From Halobacteriovoraceae bacterium (GTDB lineage: Bacteria > Bdellovibrionota > Bacteriovoracia > Bacteriovoracales > Bacteriovoracaceae), in NCBI GenBank assembly GCA_963719505.1, contig CAVRCF010000004.1:64001-128000 (forward strand): DNA of 64,000 nucleotides. The letters are read 5' to 3'. The position numbers and the translations under genes are program-made. Positions 1 through 8,849 of this stretch are shown in pieces. Position 1 is the first letter of the stretch; each line of letters opens with the position of its first letter. The notes under the pieces were generated by a model that made no database searches, was not told where the DNA came from, and was given only the letters and a program-made list of their open reading frames with translations.

Positions 1-1
1 C

Positions 2-499
2 GCTCTATGGTCTGCATCAAGTGGAGTGATGGGTATCATTCAACAAATTAATAAGGTGCTCGAAGTTAAAGAGTCGAGAAATTATTTCAAATTGCGACTC
101 ATATCTACTGGTATTACAATCTTATTTGGTTTTCTAATCATAGCGACAATTACTTTTATTCTCTACCTTTCAAATTTTGATTCTTTATTCGTCGATTTTG
201 TGAACTACCTTGTCTCATTTTTAGTTGTTGTCCTCGTATTTGCTGGACTATATTATCTTACACCAAAGCCTTCTAAAAGATTTGAATTTATTTCTCCGGG
301 AAGCCTTTTTGGAGCCATTGGATTTATTCTCTTTGTTAATGGCTTTAAGCTCTACTTGTCTCACTTTAATAGTTATAGCAAAACTTATGGCTCTTTAGGG
401 GGGATGATTATTTTTATGCTTTGGCTTTATGTCATTGGGTTATTGATTCTGCTTGGAGCCGAAATTAATAAAACTATTGAAACGAAGAAAATGAGTTAG
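2..499 (+). CDS. YihY/virulence factor BrkB family membrane protein (5'-truncated by window edge)
   Basis: Frame open from base 2 (ALWSASSG...); hydrophobic helices; C-terminal YSKTYGSLGGMIIFMLWLY...GAEIN typical of YihY. Confidence 0.88.
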   Translation, partial: ALWSASSGVMGIIQQINKVLEVKESRNYFKLRLISTGITILFGFLIIATITFILYLSNFDSLFVDFVNYLVSFLVVVLVFAGLYYLTPKPSKRFEFISPGSLFGAIGFILFVNGFKLYLSHFNSYSKTYGSLGGMIIFMLWLYVIGLLILLGAEINKTIETKKMS

Positions 500-1001
500 A
501 TTTTTCTTGGTTTTCTATCTTGGTATTCAAAGCAGTTATGGCATCAGCCACTGACACTAGAGTTTTATCAATATCGTGAAACTTTTTGTCGACATGGTTT
601 TGAGGCTGGTGTTGTGGTGAGAATGTCTCTTTCACTTGTCTGATTGCTTCCACGATTTCTAAAACATTTACAGCACTTTGTTGCCTGATTTTCTTGCTTT
701 CGAAAATTTCTTCAATTCTAGATCTACTTGTCACCATCCTGATGAGTAAAGCCGTAATAACGAGAATTGGAGCTAGGGTCCAAACAACGCCTTTTAAAGT
801 CCCAAGTTCTATGCTTTGGGGTCCATAAAAAAGTGAGAGGCTCAGAGCAATCCCTAGTAGTGAGAAAGAAAAGAGGAAAGCTGAAATTTGTTTTATAAAA
901 GATAAAACAAGTACTTTATGGGTTTTATCTGCTGCAAACCTATTAAGGTCTTCAACTTGGTCTTGAAAAATTGATATTAAAAGACTTTTTACAAAATCCA
1001 T
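474..1001 (-). CDS. Membrane protein with two TM helices, possibly YqjE/phage-holin-like partner of DUF883
   Basis: 175-aa ORF, two hydrophobic segments, SD GGAG upstream, directly downstream of DUF883 gene. Confidence 0.55.
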   Translation of the reverse strand: MDFVKSLLISIFQDQVEDLNRFAADKTHKVLVLSFIKQISAFLFSFSLLGIALSLSLFYGPQSIELGTLKGVVWTLAPILVITALLIRMVTSRSRIEEIFESKKIRQQSAVNVLEIVEAIRQVKETFSPQHQPQNHVDKKFHDIDKTLVSVADAITALNTKIENQEKSNSFSSFQ

Positions 1002-1031
1002 TTTCAGCTCCCTTCTTTCTTTTTTTACTGA

Positions 1032-1250
1032 TTATTTCTTTCTTGTTAAAAGTGCTCCTACTGCGGCACCTGCAGCAGCTGCGATTCCAACTGATCTCCA
1101 TGGATGGCTTTTTACAGAATCGTCAACGGCTCTTGCTGTGTCCTTAGTCGTATCTGAAATCTTTCCATAGGACTCAGTTGCATAAGTTCTAATAGTATCT
1201 AATGCGTTTGAGATTTTTTCTTCTGGTGATAATTCTTTTTGTCTTGGCAT
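1032..1250 (-). CDS. DUF883 / ElaB-YqjD family tail-anchored protein
   Basis: C-terminal VKSHPWRSVGIAAAAGAAVGALL motif; SD AAGGAG. Confidence 0.85.
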   Translation of the reverse strand: MPRQKELSPEEKISNALDTIRTYATESYGKISDTTKDTARAVDDSVKSHPWRSVGIAAAAGAAVGALLTRKK

Positions 1251-1373
1251 GTAACGCTCCTTGTGTAAATGGTTCTTAACTATATTAGTTCAGATTCTTT
1301 TCCCGGTAACTACTGCTAAGTGCTCATTAAGTGTAGAATCGTAAACATCTTGGAAACAATTACGAAATAATCC

Positions 1374-1400
1374 TAAATTCCAGACTGGCTTTACCGATAG
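1374..1400 (+). promoter_or_regulatory. Sigma28 (FliA)-like promoter
   Basis: TAAA(1374-1377)-N15-ACCGATAG(1393-1400), 8 nt before ATG 1409. Confidence 0.55.
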
Positions 1401-1408
1401 GGGGACTG

Positions 1409-2074
1409 ATGAGAATTTCAGCCCTTTTACTTTTTTGCCTCTTTTCAAATGTTTTTGCATCTGACCTGTTGGATACTATATCCCAGTTAGAGTTGAACAA
1501 AAGAGATTTAAGCATCTTACAAAGTGAGATAACGTCTAATTTAGAGTTCGCTTTAGATTTTGAACAAGATCAAACCTCTCAGAATCTAAAGACAGATGTA
1601 GGGGAGATGGTCCACAAACAAGAGGCGATCTTGAGCTCATTCATTGTTTTTGAAAAGAAATTGGATTTTATTGAGCTCAAAGCAAAGTACCTTGAGATGA
1701 GAGATCTAAATGCTGAAATCGAAGATTATAAATCTCGACGAGTAAAGGTTCAAAGAATTTTGGATCGAGCATCTGGCTCAGCTAATTTAAAAAAATATTT
1801 TGATTTTTATTTGGGCAAAAAGTTCGATCAAGCCGCGATAGCTGAGCAAGGTCTAAACTTTCAAGAACTCTCTATTGTAAAATTGTATAAAACTGAAAGT
1901 GAGCTTTTACAGCGAGACCAGCTTCTTCAAGATCAAAGGCTCCACTCTCTTGAAAAAACTGAAGCAGAGGTTCAAAAAGAAATTGCTGGGTTCCAAAGCA
2001 TCTTTAAATCTTTATCTGACTTACATCAACTTTCTCAGAAGCTAAGACAAAATTTTAAACTAATAAACCTATAA
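1409..2074 (+). CDS. Secreted coiled-coil hypothetical protein
   Basis: Signal peptide MRISALLLFCLFSNVFA; heptad-like L/E/Q/K-rich body. Confidence 0.7.
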   Translation: MRISALLLFCLFSNVFASDLLDTISQLELNKRDLSILQSEITSNLEFALDFEQDQTSQNLKTDVGEMVHKQEAILSSFIVFEKKLDFIELKAKYLEMRDLNAEIEDYKSRRVKVQRILDRASGSANLKKYFDFYLGKKFDQAAIAEQGLNFQELSIVKLYKTESELLQRDQLLQDQRLHSLEKTEAEVQKEIAGFQSIFKSLSDLHQLSQKLRQNFKLINL

Positions 2075-2107
2075 TCCAAGACCAAGAGGCAATCGAGCTA
2101 TTGCTCC

Positions 2108-2127
2108 ATCTCATCAAAAGATGAGAT
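2108..2127. other. Perfect 8-bp stem hairpin (possible terminator or part of a structured RNA)
   Basis: ATCTCATC-aaaa-GATGAGAT. Confidence 0.45.
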
Positions 2128-2276
2128 AGGGCAGGAGTAAAGCTACACTCTGTACGGCCAAAACCTCCTTTATTGCTCGCAAGCTTAATTGAACCCTATA
2201 ATATATTCATTTTTATTATTCAAACCTCAGTAAAATTGATAGGTTAAGCAAAATTAGGACAATTAAGAGGTAATAA

Positions 2277-3686
2277 GTGAGTCAAAAGACTTTTCAGGAT
2301 TTTTCTTTAGATGAAGATTTGCTTTTGGCGCTTGAAAGGATGGGCTTCAAATGCCCAACTGAAATTCAAGATAAAGCTATTCCCGTCATTTTAGAAAGCA
2401 CCAACGATTTTGTTGGTCAGGCCCAAACCGGTACGGGAAAAACGTTTGCTTTTGCTCTTCCTGTCCTTCAAAAAATTGATCATTCTTCAGAAAAAGTCCA
2501 AGCTTTGATTCTGGCTCCGACTAGGGAACTTGCTCAGCAAGTGGAATTGGAGATAAAGAAGCTAACGCTTCATCAAAAAGTGAAATCAATCTGTTTGTTC
2601 GGTGGAACTGATTTTGAACCACAGCTTAGAGGCCTCCAAAAGAATCCACAAATAGTTGTCGGTACACCAGGGAGAGTTTTAGATCTTCTCAAGAAGAAGA
2701 AGTTAAAGCTCGAAAGTGCAAAGATCTGCGTTTTAGACGAAGCCGATGAGATGTTAACAATGGGTTTTATTGAAGATGTTGAGGATATTCTTAAATATTT
2801 TAATGGCAATAGGCAGCTCATCATGTTTTCAGCCACTATGCCAAAAAAGATCTCAACGCTTATTAAGTCAATATTTAGAAAACCCACATTTGTTAAAGTA
2901 GATAATGTCTCATTGAGTAATGACGATATAGAGCAAAGCTATTTCGTGGTAAAAGATAAACATTTTAAAGAAGCGCTCGCGAGACTTATTGATGAAGCTT
3001 CTAATATTTATGCGATGATCTTTTGCCGTACAAAGCTTGAGACTAAAACAGTCGCAGATGATCTGAAAAAACGAGGTCATTCTGTTGAAGTGCTCAATGG
3101 CGATATGGGGCAGCCCGAGCGCGACGACGCCATGAATAACTTTAAAAAGAAAAAGGTTAATCTCCTTGTTTGTACAGATGTAGCAGCTCGTGGGATTGAT
3201 GTTGATACCCTCACCCATGTTTTTAATTTTGGTCCACCAAGAGATAATGAGAGCTATGTTCATAGAATTGGAAGAACGGGCAGAGCAGGCGAGACGGGCA
3301 AGGCCTATACAATTATTGGTCCTGGTTCCATATCTGAGATCAGAAGTATCGAAGGACATATTAATAAAAAGATAGAGAAAAAATCTCTTCCAGCTATTTC
3401 GAGTCTAATAAGAAATATGGTAGAGAAAGAAGTTACTGCTGCTGGATTTATAAAGGAAGCTATTCAAACTAAAGGAGATGACTTTAAGGTTGATCCTTCT
3501 TTTGAAATTGTAAAAGAGGCGTTTGGAGATTTGAGTAAAGAAGATATTTTAAAAATTATGTTCGTTTGGAAATTCAATAAAGAGATGAGGCATTTAAATA
3601 ATTTGTCAGATATTGAAAAAATAAATCCTAATAAAAAAATAAAAATTAACAAAAAGAGAAAAAATGTTCGAAATCGGAAAAGTTAA
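2277..3686 (+). CDS. DEAD-box RNA helicase (DeaD/CshA-like)
   Basis: Q motif, AQTGTGKT, PTRELA, TPGR, DEAD, SAT, ARGID, HRIGRTGRAG. Confidence 0.97.
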   Translation: MSQKTFQDFSLDEDLLLALERMGFKCPTEIQDKAIPVILESTNDFVGQAQTGTGKTFAFALPVLQKIDHSSEKVQALILAPTRELAQQVELEIKKLTLHQKVKSICLFGGTDFEPQLRGLQKNPQIVVGTPGRVLDLLKKKKLKLESAKICVLDEADEMLTMGFIEDVEDILKYFNGNRQLIMFSATMPKKISTLIKSIFRKPTFVKVDNVSLSNDDIEQSYFVVKDKHFKEALARLIDEASNIYAMIFCRTKLETKTVADDLKKRGHSVEVLNGDMGQPERDDAMNNFKKKKVNLLVCTDVAARGIDVDTLTHVFNFGPPRDNESYVHRIGRTGRAGETGKAYTIIGPGSISEIRSIEGHINKKIEKKSLPAISSLIRNMVEKEVTAAGFIKEAIQTKGDDFKVDPSFEIVKEAFGDLSKEDILKIMFVWKFNKEMRHLNNLSDIEKINPNKKIKINKKRKNVRNRKS

Positions 3687-4503
3687 TACACTAACAATTG
3701 CTAGAGAAACAAAATCAGGCTTCTATCTAAAAGATGGAGACGAGTACGGAGAAGTCTTTCTTCCGCCTTCAATGGCCAATAAAGAGCTGGTGATTGGTGA
3801 CTCAATAGACGTCTTTTTATACATAGACACAAAAGATCAGGTGGTGGCAACTTGCTCAATACCATTTGCTCAGGTTGGTGAGTATGCCGTACTCGATTGC
3901 ATTGATGTTCAAGACTTTGGCGCTTTCTTTGACCTGGGAATTGAAAAACATTTGCTCGTTCCTGGAAATGAACAAAAAGAAAAAGTTTCGAAAAATAATG
4001 ACTATCTGGTTAGAGTTTGTCTTGAAGAGGGTACGGATAGAATTTTTGGAACGACTAAGCTTGGAAAGTATATTGAATCAAGTAAATTTGATATTGAAGC
4101 CAATGAGAAGGTTGAACTTTTTCTTGCCAGCGAAACAGATCTTGGAATAAGGGTCATTATCAACAAAAAGTTTATTGGTATCATTTATAATTCAGAAATC
4201 TTTACAAACGTAAAGCTTGGTACAACAGTGCCTGGTTACGTCAAAAAAATTAGAGAAGACGGATTCGTCGACTGTGCTCTCCAAATTCAGGGTATTAAGA
4301 ATCTAGATAAATCAAAAATTAAGATTATGGAATTTCTGCATAAGCATAACGGGAGAAGTCATCTCAACGATAAGAGCTCTCCTGAGGAAATTATGGATCT
4401 TCTTGGCATGAGTAAAAAAACATTTAAGAGCTCACTGGGTATGCTTTACAAGCAAAAAAAAGTCTTGATATCGAAAGACGGAATTGAGATCGTCAAAGGA
4501 TGA
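3664..4503 (+). CDS. cvfB: CvfB family S1 RNA-binding protein
   Basis: Tandem S1-like domains; C-terminal winged helix DKSSPEEI...MSKKTFK...GMLYKQ. Confidence 0.9.
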   Translation: MFEIGKVNTLTIARETKSGFYLKDGDEYGEVFLPPSMANKELVIGDSIDVFLYIDTKDQVVATCSIPFAQVGEYAVLDCIDVQDFGAFFDLGIEKHLLVPGNEQKEKVSKNNDYLVRVCLEEGTDRIFGTTKLGKYIESSKFDIEANEKVELFLASETDLGIRVIINKKFIGIIYNSEIFTNVKLGTTVPGYVKKIREDGFVDCALQIQGIKNLDKSKIKIMEFLHKHNGRSHLNDKSSPEEIMDLLGMSKKTFKSSLGMLYKQKKVLISKDGIEIVKG

Positions 4504-5069
4504 GTTCTCCTTACAAGATTATTCGACTCACATCGGAGGAGTTCTATCCTTACTACAACAAGTATAGGGATGAACTCTTTGACCATGACCACAGCTACCT
4601 TTTATGGGAGGCTCTTTCTGAAACTGAGCTCAACGGTGTTAAGCGCCTTAGAGATAGTTTGAAGCATAGAGTTGAATTCTATTTAGGAGCTTTTGATCAA
4701 GATGATACTTTTGTCGGTTGGAGCTGGGGATTTCAAGAGAGTTCTACGAGTTTCTATATGGCCAATTCGGCGGTCTTGGAAAGTCATCGAAGAAAAGGTG
4801 TGTACTCATCTTTGTTGAGGACTATGATAAAGACGGCGATTAGTGAAGGGTTCCAGGTTATTACTTCTCGGCATAACGCCACTAATAACGCAGTCTTAAT
4901 TCCCAAGCTAAAAGAAAACTTTATTATTTCAAAAATGGAACTTGATGATGTTTTTGGTGTTCTGATTCATCTTCATTATTATGCAAATGCAATAAGAAGA
5001 AAAATGATGGATTATCGAAGTGGTCAAGCAAAGCCTGACAATCAGATTAAAAAACTTTTAAAAATTTAG
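4500..5069 (+). CDS. GNAT family acetyltransferase
   Basis: Motif A V..HRRKGVYS..L; ATGA overlap with cvfB. Confidence 0.8.
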   Translation: MSSPYKIIRLTSEEFYPYYNKYRDELFDHDHSYLLWEALSETELNGVKRLRDSLKHRVEFYLGAFDQDDTFVGWSWGFQESSTSFYMANSAVLESHRRKGVYSSLLRTMIKTAISEGFQVITSRHNATNNAVLIPKLKENFIISKMELDDVFGVLIHLHYYANAIRRKMMDYRSGQAKPDNQIKKLLKI

Positions 5070-5077
5070 GAATCACT

Positions 5078-5887
5078 ATGAGCTTTAACCTCTTAACTCT
5101 TCTCGATGATATCACCTCAACAATGGATGATGTTGCTGTTATGACAAAACTTGCAATGAAAAATACAAGTGGACTCATCACTGATGACCTGGCCGTCAAT
5201 GTTGGACAGGTCGATGGAGTCGAACCTAAAGAAGAGCTTCCAATTGTTTTTAAAATCTTTTTAGGCTCCTTAGCAAATAAAGTTATTATTATCCCTTTCG
5301 TCTTACTCCTCACTTTCTATGCCCCAGTTGTCTTGAAGTATATTTTACTCTTAGGGGGGGCTTATCTTTGTTATGAAGGGGCTCATAAAATCTATGATAA
5401 AATTTTCGAAAAGAAGAAAGTAAAAGATGAGATCAGGTCAACAGATGTAAAGGGAAAGATTTGGGGGGCCATCAAAACCGACTTTGTTCTGTCAATTGAG
5501 ATAATGGTCATAGCTCAAAGTTCAATAAAAGGAGATGTACTATCACAATCTCTTACTCTTTCAGTTATTGGCCTAGCAGTCTCCTTACTTATTTATGGTC
5601 TTGTTGGCATTCTCGTCAAGATTGACGATCTTGGACTCTACCTCTCCTTAAACGGTTGGAAAAAGTTTGGAGTGTTTCTCATTAACCTTATGCCTAAGGT
5701 CATGAGAACGTTGTCAGTGGTTGGAGTCATTGCTATGTTTATCGTCGGTGGTGGTATCTTTAGTCATCATTTTCATTTTCAGTTCATTCCGATTGAGATC
5801 GTTCAAAATACTGTTGTTGGAGTTTGTATCGGCACTATAACACTCGTTTTTTTCTTTATTCCCAAGGTTTTTAAACGTATTTCTTAA
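5078..5887 (+). CDS. DUF808 (YedI) family inner membrane protein
   Basis: LLDDI..MDD, DDLAVN, GSLANK, GGAYLCYEGAHK, AIKTDFVLSIEIM motifs. Confidence 0.9.
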   Translation: MSFNLLTLLDDITSTMDDVAVMTKLAMKNTSGLITDDLAVNVGQVDGVEPKEELPIVFKIFLGSLANKVIIIPFVLLLTFYAPVVLKYILLLGGAYLCYEGAHKIYDKIFEKKKVKDEIRSTDVKGKIWGAIKTDFVLSIEIMVIAQSSIKGDVLSQSLTLSVIGLAVSLLIYGLVGILVKIDDLGLYLSLNGWKKFGVFLINLMPKVMRTLSVVGVIAMFIVGGGIFSHHFHFQFIPIEIVQNTVVGVCIGTITLVFFFIPKVFKRIS

Positions 5888-5964
5888 AAAAGTGGTGCAT
5901 CTTTTGTTTTGGCATTTAAAAGGGTATGCTTAGGATAAGATAAACTCTAAAAAAAGAAGAAAAT

Positions 5965-6489
5965 ATGGAAATTAATATATCTCAAAAAGTCGCTATCCTT
6001 GTCGATGGTAATAATATCGAAAGGTCAATTCATTCACTCTACAAGTCAGATCAAATTATGATCAACTTTGACAGCCTCGTTCCTTCTTTATTACAAGACA
6101 GATCCCTTTCTCGATTTATTTATTTTAGAGAAGGGAAAAGGATCTCAAGTAAGCTGGCCGACAGGCTTCAAGAGAAGTTTCACGGTTCAGTCCAGCCTTG
6201 CCATAAAAGTGCGGATATTCCGTTGACAATTAAGGCTACTCAATTGGCCTCTAAGGTAGACACCATCATTATTTGTTCTGGTGACTCTGATTATGTGGAA
6301 TTGGTCTCACATCTCAAAGGTGAAGGCGTCAGGGTTGAAATATGCGCAGTCGAGCAGACATTAGCGGGTATTTTGCTAGATGAAGCTGACTACTACCATC
6401 CAATCTCAAAGGTCGATTGTTATAATTTTCCCAAAGGTAAAAAAACAGCTAAAAAGACGTCAAAAAAACCGACCTCTAAAAAGGTGTAA
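5965..6489 (+). CDS. NYN (LabA/DUF88) domain protein
   Basis: VDGNN, K.AD, SGDSDY, G.RVE motifs. Confidence 0.9.
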   Translation: MEINISQKVAILVDGNNIERSIHSLYKSDQIMINFDSLVPSLLQDRSLSRFIYFREGKRISSKLADRLQEKFHGSVQPCHKSADIPLTIKATQLASKVDTIIICSGDSDYVELVSHLKGEGVRVEICAVEQTLAGILLDEADYYHPISKVDCYNFPKGKKTAKKTSKKPTSKKV

Positions 6490-6490
6490 C

Positions 6491-6518
6491 TAAAGGTTCT
6501 CATAAAACCGACCGATAT
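6491..6518 (+). promoter_or_regulatory. Sigma28 (FliA)-like promoter
   Basis: TAAAG(6491)...ACCGATAT(6511-6518), TAAA-N16; 6 nt before ATG 6525, no SD. Confidence 0.5.
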
Positions 6519-6524
6519 AGTTTT

Positions 6525-7484
6525 ATGAGGCTTTTTCAAATACTATTCCTTATTTTTTCGTTTTCTGTCGCTGCACAAGACACCCAGCTTTTCGATGACT
6601 ATTTAGCTGAAGTTAATGCGGGTAGAGTAACGAACTCTAATTCATTACAATACGTAAAAAGCGCTGAAGTAAAATTGTTTGAAAATATCTCGGTTTTATT
6701 TGATGAGCTTCACGTAAGTATGGATGAGGTTGGGTACATCTCTCCCAAGGATAGAGTTATAGAATTTTCCAGTGGTTGGAAAAAGCACTCTAAGGATCAA
6801 AAATTAGTAAAACTATTAAAGCGCTTAGTTGATGATCCAAAACTTGCCCTAAACGATCCAAGCATCCCCAAAACATTAAAGGATAATAGAAAGTTCTCTC
6901 AAATGCTTAGAGAGAGTTTTTATATTTTTGACCGAGATCATTCAGCTCCGAAAAGTTTGGAAAAAGTCGTTAAACCTTTTGGTAAATTAAATGACGCCAT
7001 CGTCGCAGGGAATCCAAATTTGATAGAGGAGTACTCTAAAAAAGTTCTAAAGGGTTATAATAACCTCGATACAGAATTGATACTCAAGGAATTTGACTTC
7101 ATCAGTAAAAGTGAATTTGATGACTTTTATAAAACGATAAAAAAAGATGTAAAAAGCCTTCTTGCTAAGCCAGCCCACACTGTTCATGATTTTCATACAC
7201 TGAGAAAGCAGCATAAAAAGTTTCTGACCATTTATTTTAATCTTGAAGGAGCTACTCCTCCGGCAAAGCTTAAAGTTTTAAATAATTACATTACTCAGTT
7301 GGGTGATCTAAATGATATCTATGTCGATATGAAAATGAGGCTTGGTGTTGATATTGACTCTCACACGATTGTTATTGATGATTCAATAAAAAGGAATATG
7401 AATAGAACGATGAGCTTTTTAGAAGAGGATATGATTAACGTAAAGCTTGGACCAAGTTGCTATTCCGCTTTTAAAGGCCTATGA
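6525..7484 (+). CDS. Secreted protein with CHAD-like domain
   Basis: Signal peptide; FGKLND, HDFHTLRKQHKK, LGDLND resemble CHAD motifs. Confidence 0.55.
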   Translation: MRLFQILFLIFSFSVAAQDTQLFDDYLAEVNAGRVTNSNSLQYVKSAEVKLFENISVLFDELHVSMDEVGYISPKDRVIEFSSGWKKHSKDQKLVKLLKRLVDDPKLALNDPSIPKTLKDNRKFSQMLRESFYIFDRDHSAPKSLEKVVKPFGKLNDAIVAGNPNLIEEYSKKVLKGYNNLDTELILKEFDFISKSEFDDFYKTIKKDVKSLLAKPAHTVHDFHTLRKQHKKFLTIYFNLEGATPPAKLKVLNNYITQLGDLNDIYVDMKMRLGVDIDSHTIVIDDSIKRNMNRTMSFLEEDMINVKLGPSCYSAFKGL

Positions 7485-7506
7485 TTTTCTCTCTATAGGA
7501 GAGAAC

Positions 7507-8076
7507 ATGATTATTTTATTAGCGTTACTATCGCTGCCCACCTTTGCCCACACAATTTCTCATTATCCTAATGCTCCTTTAGAGATTATAAAAATTGGGC
7601 ATCCAACACTCAGATTAACCGCAGAAGCTGTCTCGAACCAAGAGATTGAGTCTGAGCAGTTTCAAAATCTAATTAATGATATGATCACAACAATGAAGGC
7701 TGCTTCTGGTGTCGGTCTTGCTGCTCCACAAATAAATGTGTCTAAGAGACTATTTGTCATGAAACCCAGTATGTTTAAAAAAGCTGAGGCCATAATCAAC
7801 CCCGTTGTTGAATACTTAGCCGACTACGGAACCAAAGAGTCTACAGAGGGATGTCTGTCGATTCCTGGAAAGCAATTTACAGTTGAGAGGTATAAAAAGC
7901 TTCATATTCACTATCAAGATAGAACTGGAGAGGATAAGTTTGAGAAAGCTTCGGGTTTTAGAGCTATCGTTATTCAGCACGAATATGATCATCTCAATGG
8001 GAATCTTATTTCTGATATGTTTATTAAGTCATTGGATTTAAAGGATGACTTCGAATTCGTGATCCCACGAATGTAG
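7507..8076 (+). CDS. def: Peptide deformylase with predicted N-terminal signal peptide
   Basis: GVGLAAPQ, EGCLS, QHEYDHLNG motifs; SD AGGAG before ATG 7507 (start re-assigned from 7447). Confidence 0.92.
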   Translation: MIILLALLSLPTFAHTISHYPNAPLEIIKIGHPTLRLTAEAVSNQEIESEQFQNLINDMITTMKAASGVGLAAPQINVSKRLFVMKPSMFKKAEAIINPVVEYLADYGTKESTEGCLSIPGKQFTVERYKKLHIHYQDRTGEDKFEKASGFRAIVIQHEYDHLNGNLISDMFIKSLDLKDDFEFVIPRM

Positions 8077-8149
8077 TAAATCTTTCATTTAATATAGCAA
8101 GGCGTTAATTTTCTGATATACCTCCATGAATTCTACCCCTGGAGCAAAC

Positions 8150-8791
8150 ATGAAAAACCTTTTAGCAGGACTACTCTTAACGACAATCACTACAACAGCA
8201 AGTGCAAACTGTATCTACGCCTTTGAAGAAGCGGCGATTGATAGAGAGACGAGAAATAATATCCTCGTTGTGGCAGGTGTTGCAGCAGCGGCGATTACGA
8301 TTGCGATCCTGACTGAGGATGATGCTCCAGCAAGACCGCAGACAAGACGTGAACAACAAAGACAGATTCATCGCAGAAGATATAATAGAAGAACTTATGG
8401 AGTCGTCTATATTTCAACAACAAGCTCATCTGACGATAGGTGGTTTGGAAGCAATAACTTTGATAAAGTTCTAATTGCCTACAATGATGCAGTGATGGCG
8501 TACTCTCAAGGAGTGGTTAGAACTTATTCCACAGAATTAAATGATCTTAACAAAAAAGTTGCTAAGAAGATCATCCACATGGCCCGAAGACAAGGTGTTT
8601 TGGATAGTGTTCGCGACATCAAATCTGACAAAAACTTAACAAACGACGAAGACCTGAGAATTGTAAGAGATGAACTCATGAATGGAATGGAGCAAACGGC
8701 TTCTATGAACTTCTGTCCGCAAAATGACGCCATCAAAAGAGTCGACGTTATCGAGCTTCTTGCACAAAAAGTGATCGATAGCAGAAATTGA
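8150..8791 (+). CDS. Secreted/membrane hypothetical protein
   Basis: SD GGAG before ATG 8150; signal peptide, one internal hydrophobic helix, Arg-rich linker. Confidence 0.7.
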   Translation: MKNLLAGLLLTTITTTASANCIYAFEEAAIDRETRNNILVVAGVAAAAITIAILTEDDAPARPQTRREQQRQIHRRRYNRRTYGVVYISTTSSSDDRWFGSNNFDKVLIAYNDAVMAYSQGVVRTYSTELNDLNKKVAKKIIHMARRQGVLDSVRDIKSDKNLTNDEDLRIVRDELMNGMEQTASMNFCPQNDAIKRVDVIELLAQKVIDSRN

Positions 8792-8849
8792 CAGTAAATT
8801 TTCTGGGTGACACCATTTAGTGAGTTAAAATACTAAATGGAGTTTACCC

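Noticed and set aside
2573-3652. Antisense and alternative-frame ORFs inside the helicase (and similar shadow ORFs across the window)
   Set aside because: Fully nested in well-supported genes, with no motifs or translation signals.
5965-6489. NYN protein as part of an anti-phage or toxin-antitoxin system
   Set aside because: Stand-alone LabA/DUF88-type gene with no antitoxin or defence neighbours.
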